Positions 39,654-53,199 of a stretch of DNA of 64,000 bases are shown piece by piece. The translations under genes and the position numbers were made by a program. Origin of the DNA: Rhizodiscina lignyota (lineage: Eukaryota); assembly GCA_010015805.1 (NCBI GenBank), contig ML978124.1:1922001-1986000 (forward strand), given 5' to 3'. The notes beneath the pieces were generated by a model. The model was not told the origin of the DNA and ran no database searches. It saw only the letters and a program-made list of their open reading frames with translations. Every line of letters begins with the position of its first letter. Position 1 is the stretch's first letter.

Positions 39654-40361
39654 ATGCCTCCCGACAGGTCGTCGTTCGCGGCGCTGAACACTTCGCCGGA
39701 GAATGTCCCCGAGTACATGGACTCGTTCACGCTCTCGGCACCCCCGAATACGGATCTCTGGCGCAAACCTCCCACTCGAGATACTTCCACGGCGCCGATC
39801 CTCTACACGTCCTTGCGAAATCCATTTGTGTCCGCCGAGGTGACCGTTTCTGCCGATTGGGAGTTAGAGTGGGACCAAGCAGGGCTGGTGATCTTCGCGG
39901 GGGATCCTCCAGTTGGTCTGCAATCTGCAGATCCGGCACCGTTGGACGGACGGCCTCCCGCCTATGCCCCTCCACGTCCAGCGTCGAAATGGGTCAAAGT
40001 AGGATTGGAGTTCTGCAACCTCACATGTCACGCCTCGTCCGTCTGCGCAACAATGGAAGGAGCCGACTACTCTCTCACGACACTGCCGCCGCATCATGCT
40101 CATCGATCCGACTTGCGCCTCAAGATTGAGAGGATAGGCACGTCTCTCTGGGTGTGGTACGAAGATGCATTGGTGGGATGGAAGAAGATCAGGGATGTGA
40201 CATGGTTTTTCTACAATGTCGAGGACAAGGCCGTACGAGTTGGTGTTTACGCGTCAAGACCGGCAAACTTTCCCACGACCACTTTCCACAGCCTACATGG
40301 TGGGGGACGAAGAGCACACAGGGATCTGTGTGTGCAATTTGACGACCTGGAGATCTTCTGA
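39654..40361 (+). CDS. DUF1349 (Ree1-like, concanavalin A-like fold) protein
   Basis: APPNTDLWRKP, WDQAGL, KWVKVGLEF, RVGVYASRP, FDDLEIF; ACAATG start. Confidence 0.85.
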   Translation: MPPDRSSFAALNTSPENVPEYMDSFTLSAPPNTDLWRKPPTRDTSTAPILYTSLRNPFVSAEVTVSADWELEWDQAGLVIFAGDPPVGLQSADPAPLDGRPPAYAPPRPASKWVKVGLEFCNLTCHASSVCATMEGADYSLTTLPPHHAHRSDLRLKIERIGTSLWVWYEDALVGWKKIRDVTWFFYNVEDKAVRVGVYASRPANFPTTTFHSLHGGGRRAHRDLCVQFDDLEIF

Positions 40362-41985
40362 TGTGCGGTGGCGTTTGGACACCGGAAGGGCGTTCGGGAT
40401 GGGTTCTAATGGCATGATTCTCATCCTTTTTCGTAAGGCATGTTCTTCATCAGATATCCCTTTTGCGATGATTCACGGGAACATATCAAAATGTTCTGCA
40501 CTTCTGCATCCGAGCAACAGCAGCAGGCGCCTGTTTGGTCGATAGTACCGAAAAGCTGAACGCCCAATACATGCATTTCAAATTCTCGACGTCCCTCCTC
40601 TTACCCCCAAGACCAGTCTCTTCTTCGGCCTCATGTCTGCTCTCGTTCCCATCAATTCCTCCATCTTACTCAAGCCCCCCCTCCCCCTCACCCCGGCCGT
40701 ATTCGCCCGGCCTCGCATCATTGCATGAGTTCCATCTCGCGATTATGAAGTCGCACCCCTAGGCGGGCAATCCTACAACAACGCGTCAGCACATGTCTCG
40801 CGTCGAGGCGACCCGACCTGTCATGGGGCTCGATGAGACTAGTCAGAAGACAATGGCAAAGCAGGAAACCGATTAAAAGCAAGACCCGAATAATCCAAAT
40901 CATCACATAAGCCGCAAAAGCTAGCAGGAGCTGGATGGCCCGTCGCCTGCCGGAGCAGCCATCCCCACTGTCGAGCCGATCCCGTAGCTTTAAGAGTATT
41001 ACCGGCTTATTCTCAACGAGAGGCTACTCAGGCTAGGGAGCCGACGAGGAGTGGAGGTTGCGTAGCGTGGAAGCCACATGCAGATGCTGCAGCGCTGCGC
41101 GTGAGATTCGCGCGGCCCCCGTTCCCACCCTCATCCGCCCGCCCTATAGGATTGTGCATGAGCGAGCCTGGGTGCCTGCCGAAAGTGCCGACGGCAAATC
41201 AGGATGGCGATCGGGGTTCGATGAGAAAGGTACGGCCATTAGATGATTGAACGGGTTGAAACAGCCTCTTGTCTTACCTGAAGAGCCGGCTGCAAGCCAC
41301 CGCAATGCTGGAAGCAGCTCTGTGCAGCTTCATTCTCGCAGTAGCACGACTGCATTTCCGGCGCGTCGGGTTAGCACTGCTCGAACTCTGTCGGTGAAAT
41401 TATTTGGTGTTTTTCGCCCCAATCAGCAGAGAGGGGATCCAGAGCATTTTCTGTTTCTGGAGGAGCAGGGGAGGGTGATTTAAAAGTTATAGTGGATTTA
41501 GCTCACGTCTGGCCATACTTCAGCGCAGAATTGGTGACAATACTTTGCGCCGCACTGTGCGTTAGTCGAAGTTTCGGCCGCAGGAGACGACGTAGTTGAT
41601 GCAGCTACGACGCAGGCCATAAGCAGGGCAGCGAGTAGACTTGTTGAGCGCATGGCTTGCTGCTTGAAGGATAGTTTAGGCGGAGCGGACTCGTGGCGTG
41701 ATTATGCAGCAGTGAGGCGAAAAGCTCAAAGATCTGAACTCGGAGATTTATATACTCAACGGCTACTATCCACGTCTGGCAATTTCTGGGCAGTGCTCTT
41801 GTCAGTGTTAGACAATTGCATAAATGGCAAAATGCAGGTACACAGGGGAGCAACAAGCCTTTTCACCTCGCACTGATGGACTAAACTTAGCAAAGTGGCA
41901 CTGGGCCGTTCCGAACGGCCAATAAATTCGCCACACCGGTGCTACCAAGGCAACTGCTCCCATCCAATGCTAGCGTGATGCCATA

Positions 41986-42222
41986 ATGCCATGGACGTAT
42001 TCGAGCTTGGCGTCAGAGCGGAATGAAAATCAGATATATGATGATGACTATGTACCACCACCGGCGAACGCACCGATGAATGGGCCGAACCCGGTTGCAA
42101 GGTCTCGAACAGGACAGGGTGCATATGGGCTAACGCATACTGATGGTGACAAAAAAGTTGACGGCAGCCTTCAAGATGGGTACGGAACACTCATGGTGTA
42201 TAGCTTGATTAATAAAATGTAA
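41986..42222 (+). CDS. Possible small hypothetical protein (78 aa)
   Basis: ATAATG start context and protein-like composition (MPWTYSSLASERNENQIYDDDYVPPP...); no recognisable motif. Confidence 0.3.
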   Translation: MPWTYSSLASERNENQIYDDDYVPPPANAPMNGPNPVARSRTGQGAYGLTHTDGDKKVDGSLQDGYGTLMVYSLINKM

Positions 42223-42856
42223 AGTCGTTCCACGGGATGCTCGTATTATAGACGCTCCGGAGAATGCAAAACTAAGCTTTCCGAAACAGTCGCGCGTGCT
42301 TGGAAGTGCAATTGCTGCTCGCCTTTCGGAGTTGCAGTTGCTCAGGCGGCCGACTATTTTGTCAGCCCGAGCATGTTATCATAAATCACCATCGCAGTGT
42401 TCCGTTCCTGTCGACGCTTTATGGAATTTCCCCGCGAAAAAGGGTTGCTGATCAACCACGTTCGGCCTTGCTTAAATTGAAAATCGTAATCAGTAAGAAG
42501 GGGCATTGACTTCGGGCCGATCAACGGCCAAGATCTGCTTCGCTGCAGGATCTCTACTTCGTATACGATAATACGGAACGAGGAAAAGATCGTCAGAATC
42601 GCCTTACTTCGTACTTGGTAGCTAATGAAGAGGCCCGACTCGGCATTGTGGACCCAATGAAGACCAAAAGTTCAAATTTGAATTTGAGTTTGAAAACACT
42701 CTCGGAACGCTAACAAGCGCCGCCAGTTACGCCCAGTTTATGCTCGATCCTGCTGTAGTCATCAAAACAGTTCGTAACCAATATCAGCAGCTCTCGTAAG
42801 TCGTATCATTCTCTCTTTTCAGCCCGAGAGAAACTATCCGCCCCCCTTTCTGACGG

Positions 42857-43988
42857 TTACACGCTTATCGTAAAGTCGTGTTCGATGCCCGGCGTTACAC
42901 TCGCGATGAACTTGAGGAACACGACGAGATACTGGTCCACTCTGATGGCGACCTCGTCTTCGCCTGCCTCGTGATGCACCTCCTCCCACTCATCTCCACC
43001 ACCAGCGGAGCTGGCCGGCTTGTCCTCGCCGAGCTTCAGCGCGTCGGTCTTATCAATCAGACCTTCCATTCCGCTGTCCACATTCTCGAGCTTTTCTTTC
43101 CCTTCGCGGACGCGCTGCATGCGCAGCTTCAGCGCCGCATCAGCACGGTCGAGCAGGACTTTCATGACCGAAGCATGTCGGCAAGGGTGGACACTCGCCA
43201 TCTTGACGCCAGCATCCAAGAATGGGAAGTCCTCGAGCGTCACGGTCTTGTCCTTGTAGTCACCGACGATGTCTTCGAACATCAGGTGCGGCGGGATCGG
43301 CTCGGAGGTTGAGCCACGGTAGCCTGCCAGATAGAGGCGCGGGGTGCGGTAGTACGGCGTGTAAGATATGTAGAGCGTATAGTGTCGCAGCGGTCTATGT
43401 GAGGGGACTGTTAACGACGTAACGGTCGACACGCAGCACAGGAGGCACTTACCCATTCTCTCCCTCCTCGCCTTGGTGATCCCTTATGATTGCCTCCTCG
43501 TCATCCTCTTCGTCCTCCATATCGGGTATCTCATCCTCGGCTTCTTCCTCGGCGGCGCCCATTTCTCCCATCTCATCCACGGTCCTGACGTCTCTAGCCC
43601 TAGCCTCCTGGCTTGCCGCCATATTGCCGGTCCTCAACCAGCCATCGTCATCTTCCTCTCTCCCTCCCGAGACACCTGCTTCAAAGCCATCTCTTACAAT
43701 AGTCTCGTCTTGCCCAGCCTCGCCTGCGAAGTTCGCATCCAACCTCCTGCGACATGGGACGCCGCGCGTAACGAGGAACTGCTTGCCAGCAGGTAGATAT
43801 GATGCCCGCTTGGAAGGACTCGATGCGTCTGCCCATGACCATGAAGGAAACTTGTACACAAGAAAGTCGCCGGCGAGAACGAACTCCTCGGGGGTTATTT
43901 GGCCGGTATTGCGGAAAGTCGAGGTGTGAGAGACGCGCGCGAGGTATTTGTCCCGTAGGACGTCCATCGTTGAGTGTAGGATATTCAT
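42857..43988 (-). CDS. ATG3: Autophagy E2-like conjugating enzyme, 1 intron
   Basis: [40 protein letters not shown], catalytic [11 protein letters not shown]-like [15 protein letters not shown]. Confidence 0.96.
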
Positions 43989-44507
43989 TTTGCAGGAGTG
44001 GTTTGGTTTGTGAATAGTTTGCGCAAAGGTTTTGGCGTACTCGTTTGTTGTAAAGTTACAAAGAGACGCTTGTTGCCTTGAGAGAGTAAAGTAGATGGAC
44101 GTGTAGCGTGGGTGGGGCAACCTATGACAGCACCACGGCTGCGGCGGTGTTGATCAGCCAATGATGCATCACATGCTCGGCCTTTGTCCCTGCTGATCTC
44201 AAACCCACCAACGAGATGCACATTTTATTTATTTTACAGCATTCGAGATCAAATGATTATTGTCATTCGTCTTTGAGCCACTTTGAAGCCCAGCAGATAT
44301 ACGCAGCTCTAATTCATAAATGTTCGTTTGTAGTCCGCCTACTGGCTGGGTGTACAGGCGTTGATATCCTTAACGAAGTAATTCGTGCTAGCCTCCCAGT
44401 CAAACGTCCGAATAACATTCTGCCCATAGTCCACGAATAAATCTTAACTGGTTCCTCCCTAATGCGTTGTCCCTTGCTGTTTCATCAAGACATGGCTTCT
44501 AGCGGGT

Positions 44508-44834
44508 TCAAAATGATATGACTCCGATGTCAACATTCTCCAGACAGCTCTCCTTCTTCCAGAAGTGCGCTCTCAGTATGACATCTCCGTTGGTCCTGAA
44601 CCGCGGTATCTGGCTCATGCGAAGCCACACCGTCCTAGTATGCCTGTTGTTGCATACTGCAAGCGCTTCGAGCATCATCTTGTTGTCGATGAATATCTCG
44701 CTCGTTGGGTCTGCTGCCTTGGCCACTGAGAATTGTACTTCTGCCGACTCTGGTATAGAAGATGGGATGGCGAGTGTGACGTTGATGTTGCCGGCTTGCG
44801 TGATGTGCATGCTCGAAGCCATGTCTGCCAACAA
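44508..44834 (-). CDS. Possible hypothetical protein (may have an upstream exon)
   Basis: 108-codon ORF with protein-like composition in an otherwise empty interval; no recognised motif. Confidence 0.35.
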   Translation of the reverse strand: MLADMASSMHITQAGNINVTLAIPSSIPESAEVQFSVAKAADPTSEIFIDNKMMLEALAVCNNRHTRTVWLRMSQIPRFRTNGDVILRAHFWKKESCLENVDIGVISF

Positions 44835-45387
44835 AGATTGACTTCTGAAGCGGAATATTGTATCAAGCTTGATTCAGGGCGAATGGAGAGATATGAGCGC
44901 TCGGTTTGAAATGTAAATCATGATGGAGACATATAATAAAAAGTAGATACTTATACTGCGTATAGAGCGAGGTTAATCTTGCTGCCTGGCAAGTTCATCT
45001 CTCGAGCAAGGGCTGCCTTAGTAAGGAACATAGTCGTCTTGATTAGCTTTTAAAATGGGCAGAGACATCTTCTTAACCTCTGGATAGTCAGAGTAATCGG
45101 AGCTTTGCGTAATAGTCACTTGTGTTGGATTGAATCAGAAAGGAAGAAGAGAGAAGTCCACAAAGAGTTTGGTTCTTTATCGAGAAATGCTGCAGCTCCC
45201 CCCATCGGCTCTCGCATTGGCTAAAAGCCGATTCTGACTACCTGCCGGCGAATCCCTTGACGCGTTGAACTCCACGTGGTGAATATGCTCACTTTGAGCC
45301 TCCGCGACCTGCGAAACCACTGCCTTCCTCCCTAGCGAAATCCCGTTGCTCTCATGGCCATATCAACATCTTCCTCACGCGCAGGAC

Positions 45388-46702
45388 ATGCCCGACGAGG
45401 ACCACCCTGAGCGCCCAAGCGTACTATGGAGAGGCGCATCGACTCTCACGACCACTGTCGTGGGAGCCTTCGCCCGGACTTTTCTCTTCACATTCTGCAA
45501 GCTCGAGATACACGGTCTTGAGGCGTTCATCGATCTGCTGGAGTCGAGATGGGACGTGAATGGAAGGCAGCGGGGATTGATTACTGGTGCGCAATTTTAT
45601 GTCAATTGAAGATGAACATGGTCTGACGTCTTGTTGTTCCAGTTTCGAATCACCTCAGCGTGTACGTACGTAGACAAATCGAACATACAATCAATTGCGG
45701 CTCCTGATACTCCACAGCCTCGATGACCCCTTGATATGGGGACCTTTACCGTTTAAATTTTTTAGAAGCCCAGACAATCTTCGATGGAGCATGGGTAGTT
45801 ACGACATATGCTTTAATCAGACCAAGTGAGCGGCAAAACATTGGATAGATCTATACAGAGCTAAACCTTACAACAGAATCGAGTCTGCATTCTTCACCTT
45901 CGGTCAACTCCTTCCCACTCACCGCTCCCGCCATTCGCCCTTCGGCGGTCTCTTCCAACCCACGGTAACCCAAGCGATACGTTTACTCAGCGAAGGACCA
46001 TTCCCAAAGCCCTACAACTACCATGCCACACCAGAAAGCCCAGTGCCTCGAAAGTCATTCAGCAAACCCGATCTCGCAGACCCATTCTCTTCCGGAAACC
46101 TCACATACACCACGAATGGCTACGACGTCTTTCCCGCACCATCCGCCTATCTAAATAGGAGGCACGCCTGGGTACACATATTCCCCGAAGGCAAAGTCCA
46201 CCAGATGCCAGATCTGAACATGAGATATTTCAAATGGGGAATAGCTCGTCTGATCCTGGAGAGCGAGCCCTGTCCTGACGTCGTCCCTCTATGGTTCGAA
46301 GGTATGGAACAGGTTATGGACGAAGAGAGAGGCTCTCCCAGATTTCTACCAAGGATTGGGAAGAGAGTGAGCATCACTTATGGCGACGCACTAGACGTAG
46401 ACAAGGTCTTTGGTGATCTCCGCGAGAGGTGGAAAAGATTGTACAATAAGGAGATCAAGCGGTTGGGAGAGTCCCGGAAGCTGGACATGGGCGTTCTTAA
46501 TGATGAGTTGAAATACGGAAAGGAGGCTGTGGATTTGCGTACGGAATGTACGATGAGAGTCCGAAAGGAGGTGCTGAAGCTGAGAATAGCGAGAGGCCGC
46601 TCGGACGAAGACCCAAAATGGAGCTTGGTGGAGACGTATGCTCTAGAAGGCAAGAAGGAGGAAGGAAAGATGGATGATGGAAGCATTGTCAAAGACATGT
46701 AA
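45388..46702 (+). CDS. TAZ1: Tafazzin, cardiolipin transacylase, 3 introns
   Basis: RGLITVSNHLSVLDDPLIWG (HX4D), WVHIFPEGKVHQ, YFKWGIARLILE. Confidence 0.93.
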
Positions 46703-46955
46703 ACATAGCAAACCAAGTAGAATTACAGTGGGTCCAGGATAGAGAATATCAATAGATGCCAATTCCTAAAGTCCTGTTTACGATGCTGAAATGTAGTCGG
46801 TATTGACTTAAAAGGATGTGATGAAGTATCCACGACAACTTTAACTTATTTGTAACAGAGTTTCTTTATACTTACAAGCGCCCTATTGGTGCTACCGCCA
46901 GTTCCAGAGATGCAATGCCGTACGCTAGATATCAACGCCGCAGATATAATTACAG

Positions 46956-47789
46956 TCATCTCCTCCACATCCCACCATGCCAACCTTTTCTTCTACTCTC
47001 CGAATCTGGGTTTGGCTCCTCTGACTCCTCCTGCTCCAACCTCGCTCTTCGCTTCTTCTCTGCCTTCTTCCTCCGCTCTTCTGGGTCCGTATATTGCCTC
47101 CATGCATTTTTTGGAGTAAATCCTGTCTTCTGGTCCGGATAAACCTTTCTCTTCTGCGGTTCTTCCCTTTCTTCGTCCGCCTCCCCAAGACCTAGGTCTG
47201 TGAATTCGTCAATAAGATTTTCCAATTGTTGGTCTCCGTCTTTTCGGTATCGTGTCACTTTGGAGATGTTCTGTGCGGTGAGGTCGGTCATTGGCAGCTC
47301 TTCATCACGCTGGCGCATAATCGCGAGCGCAGTCGTCGCAAACCGTGTGTCCTTAGGACCATCAACGAGTTCGAGGATTGCAGAAGGGGCTTGGTCTTCT
47401 TTGAGTGGTTCGATACGGAGCACGCGCGTGTAGCCGCCCGGTCGTTCCTGATATCGCTCCCGCAATTCGCCAAAAAGTTTTGGAACAAGTAGATGGGGTC
47501 GCTGTAGATATAAAAATTATCAGCAACGCATCTAGATATGAATGGCTGACGGTGGAGAAGCTCATCTACTTACGTAGAAGATTTGATGCGCCCTCCGCCG
47601 CGATGCTTCTGAGTTCTTCTTTCCCAATGTCACAAGCTTCTCAGCTAAGCGTTGAGCTTCTTTCGCCTTCGGCCATGTCGTCGATATTGACTCATGCTCG
47701 AACAATGAATCAACCAGGTTACGGAGGAGTGCTTGTCGATGTGAGGATTTGCGACTGAGAGTCCGATATTTCATGTGACCACCCGCCAT
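46956..47789 (-). CDS. MRPL8: Mitochondrial ribosomal protein bL17m, 1 intron
   Basis: [49 protein letters not shown]. Confidence 0.93.
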
Positions 47790-48162
47790 TGGGAATGAAG
47801 TTGGCCCTGGGACTGGCCGGCAGAAAAAATAAACAGTTCCAAAGCTCTACGAATTCCGTTCGTCTCAATTCGTGGATGTGTCCAGGCCGAACAATTGCAT
47901 GGCTGCGCATCAAACTTTTGAGATGAAGTTCAGACGAAAGGCCGAATTTCTGCCGTCCTCCGAGCTCCGACTTCAAGCAGCAGCTCGCCCCGAAAATGTC
48001 CATTCAGACCAGCTTCCGGACCTTTTATCTCTTGACGATGCCCTCAGCAGTCCGATAACCAGGACTATCCTGGTGTTAACACATTCGAATTCGTGAGGCG
48101 ACGTCGATTCTAGCTCAATTGATCAGTCCGGAAGCAGCTTCGCGAGCACGAGCGATTCCACC

Positions 48163-48574
48163 ATGGGCTTCACCACAGGCTTCGTATGTCCCTTGAAGGC
48201 TGGAAGACTACGTGCTAGGCTAATCGTGTGGCCAGCTCGGTGGCATAACCGTCACATCTGCCATACTCTACCTTGGAACAGCATACCACCGGCAAACCCG
48301 CCTTGAACAAGCGATGCTTCTACGACAATCATCTCTCATATTTCAAAGCGTATATGAGCCACAGCCGCCTCCGCCTCCACAAACAGCAAGGGAAGCAAGG
48401 ACGAGCATAGCAGAGACTGCCAAGGACAGATGGAATGCCGAGCTGGAGGGCCTGGCGCGGAAAATGTACAATATAAACTGGGATGAGGTGAGGGATAAAT
48501 GGGAGGACAGGATATCGGTGGTTTGGAGCAAGGCATTTCAGAAAGCAAGGGAAGAAGCGGAGAAGAAGACCTGA
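48163..48574 (+). CDS. MIC12: MICOS complex subunit Mic12-like, 1 intron
   Basis: MGFTTGF|LGGITVTSAILYL N-terminal TM; ETAKDRWNAELE; INWDEVR. Confidence 0.8.
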
Positions 48575-49001
48575 ATTTTAGCCTTTCGAGTCTGTCTTTG
48601 AAACTCCATCAGATTCGAGTCCGTCAGCTTGCGCCAATCATGGCCTACACTATACCCACAACCTTTGTTTAGGATCCCTGCAATGTGAAATTATCAGACA
48701 CTATGTACTTTATGAACAAATAAATGCAGAACTTACTCTAGAAAATTCTTTGATTATTGTGCAGTGATCCGCCTTTGGTAGAGCATTTTGACAACCCATG
48801 CTGTTTAGTGCGATCTCATTGGCCCCGGTTTCCACTTCGCCATTTTCGCAACCCTCGAGCCTCAATCGAAATTCATCTTCTTTGCGCAAACTCCCGAAAC
48901 CACGACTTACACGAACCCTCGAGTTTTCATCTCGACCGCTGCCCCTTTTAGAAGGTTGCAAGCTGCTGCAAGAGCTAGCGAGCCTTAGGGACGACACCAA
49001 G

Positions 49002-50088
49002 ATGGATATTCGATTATTACGGTCGTCGGACATACCGCACGTGCAGCAGGCGAATATCACAAACTTACCGGAAAACTACTTCTGCAAATACTATCTATAT
49101 CACGCCCTGTCCTGGCCCCAGCTATCTTATGTTGCAGTTGATGTGAGTCAGTATTTTGCTCTTCCCTGTTGCACTCTCTCTCACGTTGGGTCTCTTCAAG
49201 TGCACTGGAGGAAGAGTTTCGAATTGAATTGGAAACAAGAGCAAGGCAGTCATCCGAGATGTTGCATTTCTCTTCGAGCTGAGCTATGTGCGGTTGTAAG
49301 ATCGAATGACAATGGCATGGAAAGCTATCCAACCGACGATCTCCACCATTATAGACCGAATAGTCATCTTTATGGTTGAATTTACTGCAGCTTTCATCAC
49401 GATTTAGGTTCAAGCTAACACACACGCTCCCAGGTATCCCGCCCACCAAAGAGTCCGTATGACCCGCCTAAGATTGTAGGCTACGTACTGGCAAAGATGG
49501 AAGAAGAGCCTACGGATGGAGTACAGCACGGTCACATCACCAGCCTCAGTGTCATGCGAACACATCGGAGACTCGGCCTAGCAGAAAAGCTGATGAAGCA
49601 AAGTCGTATGTCTCTAATAATCTACTCTGCCCTATATTGTACTAATACCCTGTTCAGAACGTGCTATGGCGGAGACCTATGGGGCACACTATGTCTCCCT
49701 TCATGTTCGTGTGTCTAACCATGCTGCCTTGCATCTCTATCGCGACACTCTAGGCTTTACAAACGACAAGGTCGAAGCCAAGTACTACGCAGATGGAGAG
49801 GATGCTTACAGTATGAAAATGGACCTATCGAAATATAGGCTCCAGTTAGAAGATAGTGAGGAAGATGATGATGCTATGGACGTTGATGAGGTGAGCATAG
49901 AAACTATCACCGGTTACATAATGATCAATGTTCTGACAATTGCACAGGGTGACGAGGTCGGCAGTGCTGGAAAGAAAGGAGACGGCGAGCCGAAGAAGGA
50001 CGGCAAGAAGAAGCGCAAGGTCAAGGTTGGAAGAGGCTTAGGTGTTGGCGACTTGGTCGAACGAAATGAAAGCAAACCAGCATCTTAA
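49002..50088 (+). CDS. ARD1: NatA N-terminal acetyltransferase catalytic subunit, 3 introns
   Basis: [71 protein letters not shown]. Confidence 0.96.
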
Positions 50089-50344
50089 TGTCTCACTAAA
50101 GGCACGAAATCATCATTATGGGATTCATTATGCTCTAGACACCGAGGTGGTATGAAAATAGTGCATTGCGATGGGACGGTTGGATTTGGCCTGAGGATAT
50201 GCGATAAGCCACATTTCGCAGCCTTTTCTAATTGATTCTGTAATACTTTGCTCTGGGGCGAAACTACGCTTTCAATACCTTTTCGGCTATCTATTCGTGC
50301 CTTTAATGTTGGATTCCGATGTCCGGAGACCAGACCATTCCAAG

Positions 50345-50350
50345 CCGAGG
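50345..50350 (+). promoter_or_regulatory. Candidate FarA/FarB (Ctf1) site CCGAGG upstream of ETF-beta
   Basis: Core motif ~125 bp upstream of ATG, second copy at 50142-50147; 6-mers also occur by chance. Confidence 0.4.
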
Positions 50351-50473
50351 CAGGCCGAGCTTTGAGCCTGCCAACCTCCGATGTTCACTCCGCAAGCGTC
50401 ACCATCACGAGCTCCATCCGCACGACCTGCACTTTTTCTTCTTTGCACTCAATCGCGACAGACATAGGCCACA

Positions 50474-51353
50474 ATGTCTTCCAAACTACGAATATTAGTC
50501 CCCATCAAGCGGGTGATTGACTATGCCGTAAGTCTGCAGCTCCAGGGCCCCTCAGGAAAGCCTTATCGGCTATATGGGGCTTTCACGATGCTCTCGAATT
50601 CTTTTTAGGACACAATGCTAATGATATTCCTAGATCAAACCGCGTGTCAACAAGACCAACACGGCCGTCGAGACGGCGGGCGTAAAGCACAGCATGAACC
50701 CCTTCGACGAGCTGTCCATCGAAGAAGCTGTGCGCCTGCGTGAGCGCAAGAAGGTCCCCGTCGACGACATCCTCGCCTTCTCCGCCGGTCCTGCCAAAGC
50801 CGCTGACGTCCTGCGCACCGCAATGGCCATGGGCGCCGACCGCGCTATACATGTTCAGACGGACGAGAAGGCGGGCGACATGGAGCCGCTTGGCGTAGCG
50901 AAGTTGCTGCGCAAGGTTGTGGATGCGGAGAAGAGCAATCTGGTGATACTGGGGAAGCAGAGTATCGATGATGACGCCGGGCAGACGGGCCAGATGCTTG
51001 CTGGTTTGCTGGGGTGGCCTCAAGCTACACAGGCGTCGAAGGTGGAGATTGAAGGGGATACCGCTACTGTCACAAGAGAAGTAGATGGTGGTGTGGAGAC
51101 ATTGAAGGCGAAACTGCCCATGGTGGTCACAACAGATTTGCGGTTGAATGAGCCGCGGTATGCAAGTCTGCCGAATATCATGAAGGCAAAGAAGAAGCCA
51201 TTGGAGAAGAAGAGTCTGGAGGACTATGGTGTGGATGTTGGGCGGAGATTAACCACAGTGAAGGTAGAGGAGCCGCCGCCGAGGAAGGGCGGACAGAAAG
51301 TGGAAGATGTAGATGGTATGATAAGTAAGCTTAAGGAGTTGGGCGCGATATGA
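50474..51353 (+). CDS. CIR1: Electron transfer flavoprotein beta subunit, 1 intron
   Basis: [61 protein letters not shown]. Confidence 0.95.
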
Positions 51354-53193
51354 GAGAATCTTCTACAAGGAAATGGATTGAGTTACAGCCTTGGCTTGGA
51401 CATCCCAGGCTGGCAGTAACTAGAGGAACATATGTGCATATTGTTTTGTATCTTGTATGCCGAGTCTACATAAAACGTCTTGCCAGCGGTGGTTCCTTAT
51501 TCATCCTAACGCTCAAGCTGGGCGATTGTCTCGGAGTACAAACATCAAAAGTTCAAACCAACCTTTCGAATTGAACGGAGGTCCGTACATGCGTCTCCGG
51601 GCAGGATATCAACATGTTCAATGTTAACGCTAGGACGGAAGAAAACGCGTAGGGTACCTAGTACAATTCCCATAAGGCCGATACTTTGCTCCACCAGACA
51701 GTCTGAGAATCGATCACACAAATATTATTTTATTCACATCTCTCCGTCGAGCAAGATTGGATACAATCTTCGTGGATTAATCTTCCTTAGATTGTTTTCA
51801 GCGTAGCGGCAATTATTACGGCAGTATTTATTGGCTTCTTGCAGCTGAGGGTGGCTAGAAAGAATGCCTGAGCTTTGTCGGCCATGGAGCTACGAGGCTT
51901 TACTTCGTCGGCAGCTTCGGCTCTGGTTCTGCGGCTGGAAACGACATAGGTCTTAGGAAGTCTTCGTGGAGATGGGGGACATTCAGAGGGTAGAACTAGC
52001 TCCGTTGGCTACCGGCGATCACCAGCTCTCGCAGACCGAAGCGGCCGTCGAGATGGAATAGAAATTTGCACTTCAATAATATCCAACTATCGATATGGAG
52101 AGTGTTTGTTGAAAGATGCCGGTGTGGCTTAACGCTAGGTTATGATAGGGGTGGTGCGGATACCGTACGAGACAGCAACCCCTGAATGTCAGGAGTGTGA
52201 TGGACCACACTCTTTCCTTTTTCTATAATCATTCGTGCTCCGGACAACTCACGAAACAAAATCGAAGGACACTCATCGCGCTGAATCAACGAGCGGATTC
52301 GCTTCCTAAAGACCTTCACATCGAAGTGATCATGGCCGGAGACCTCGCGCAACCTCCCACGGCATCGCAATTGAATGCTCTAGCCGAGGCCTCAAAAGTA
52401 CGTATTAATCTCTATACTCCTTCTGTTGGCTATATACTAAGCTGGTGCCAGCCCGAATCAATCATGTCACGCCCGCGCCCTATGACGCGCCGCTTCTACC
52501 TCGACCGATCTGACCTTGAGAACTTATGCGGCGCTAAAGGTCTAGATCGACTACGCTCGAAAATACCCCAGACAATCATTGAGATGCAGAGAACAGCGGG
52601 AGCAGTAGGACAGTAGGAATTGGAAGAAGAGGCTTTCTTCAAATTAATAATAATACGGAACAATGTACTGCTAGGTTTAACGAGCTCAATGCGTAGAATT
52701 AAACCCCTCAAAATCGCGTCACAAATGGTAAAGGATGTCATGAAGCTGGAGGTTGGCCAAAGACCTTGAGCTTCATTATCATCGGAGGTTTGTTGCGATG
52801 CTACTTTAATTCGACAGACGAATAAGTCTGCACCGTGCGGAATAACGTAAGAGTGGTGATATCGCCCCAGCTCGGTGGGAGAGCTATACTCACACTTAAG
52901 GTAAGTGTAAGTAGGCTGCAATAGAAGTGACAGCGGGGTTGAAGAGGATTCCGCTCATCGCAAACGCGACATTCGACGTTGTCCTAATACCACCCTAAGT
53001 CTTGGCATGGTTTTGCCGAAGACGCCGACATCCAAAATCCAAATACACTTAATTTCCCAATTTACGACGTGCACTTATCTCCACGGACCACGGCTGAGCC
53101 GTCAGCCTTAAGCTCTCCGCTATATCCAGCAATAGCAAAGTACAGATGTTGCGGCTCTCTACTAATCATTGTTAATCGTCAAGAAAAATCCTA

Positions 53194-53199
53194 CCTCGG
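53194..53199 (+). promoter_or_regulatory. Candidate FarA/FarB (Ctf1) site CCTCGG upstream of SPS19
   Basis: Core motif ~300 bp upstream of a peroxisomal beta-oxidation gene. Confidence 0.4.

Noticed and set aside
40590..40910. Possible small spliced minus-strand gene convergent with DUF1349
   Set aside because: Some splice-like signals are present, but I could not build a consistent reading frame.
49891..49947. Hydrophobic segment in the ARD1 C-terminus ([19 protein letters not shown])
   Set aside because: It is a 57-nt in-frame GT-AG intron with CTGAC branch, not a TM helix.
52197..52616. 139-aa ORF between ETF-beta and SPS19
   Set aside because: No motif, uncertain start and ambiguous intron; insufficient evidence.
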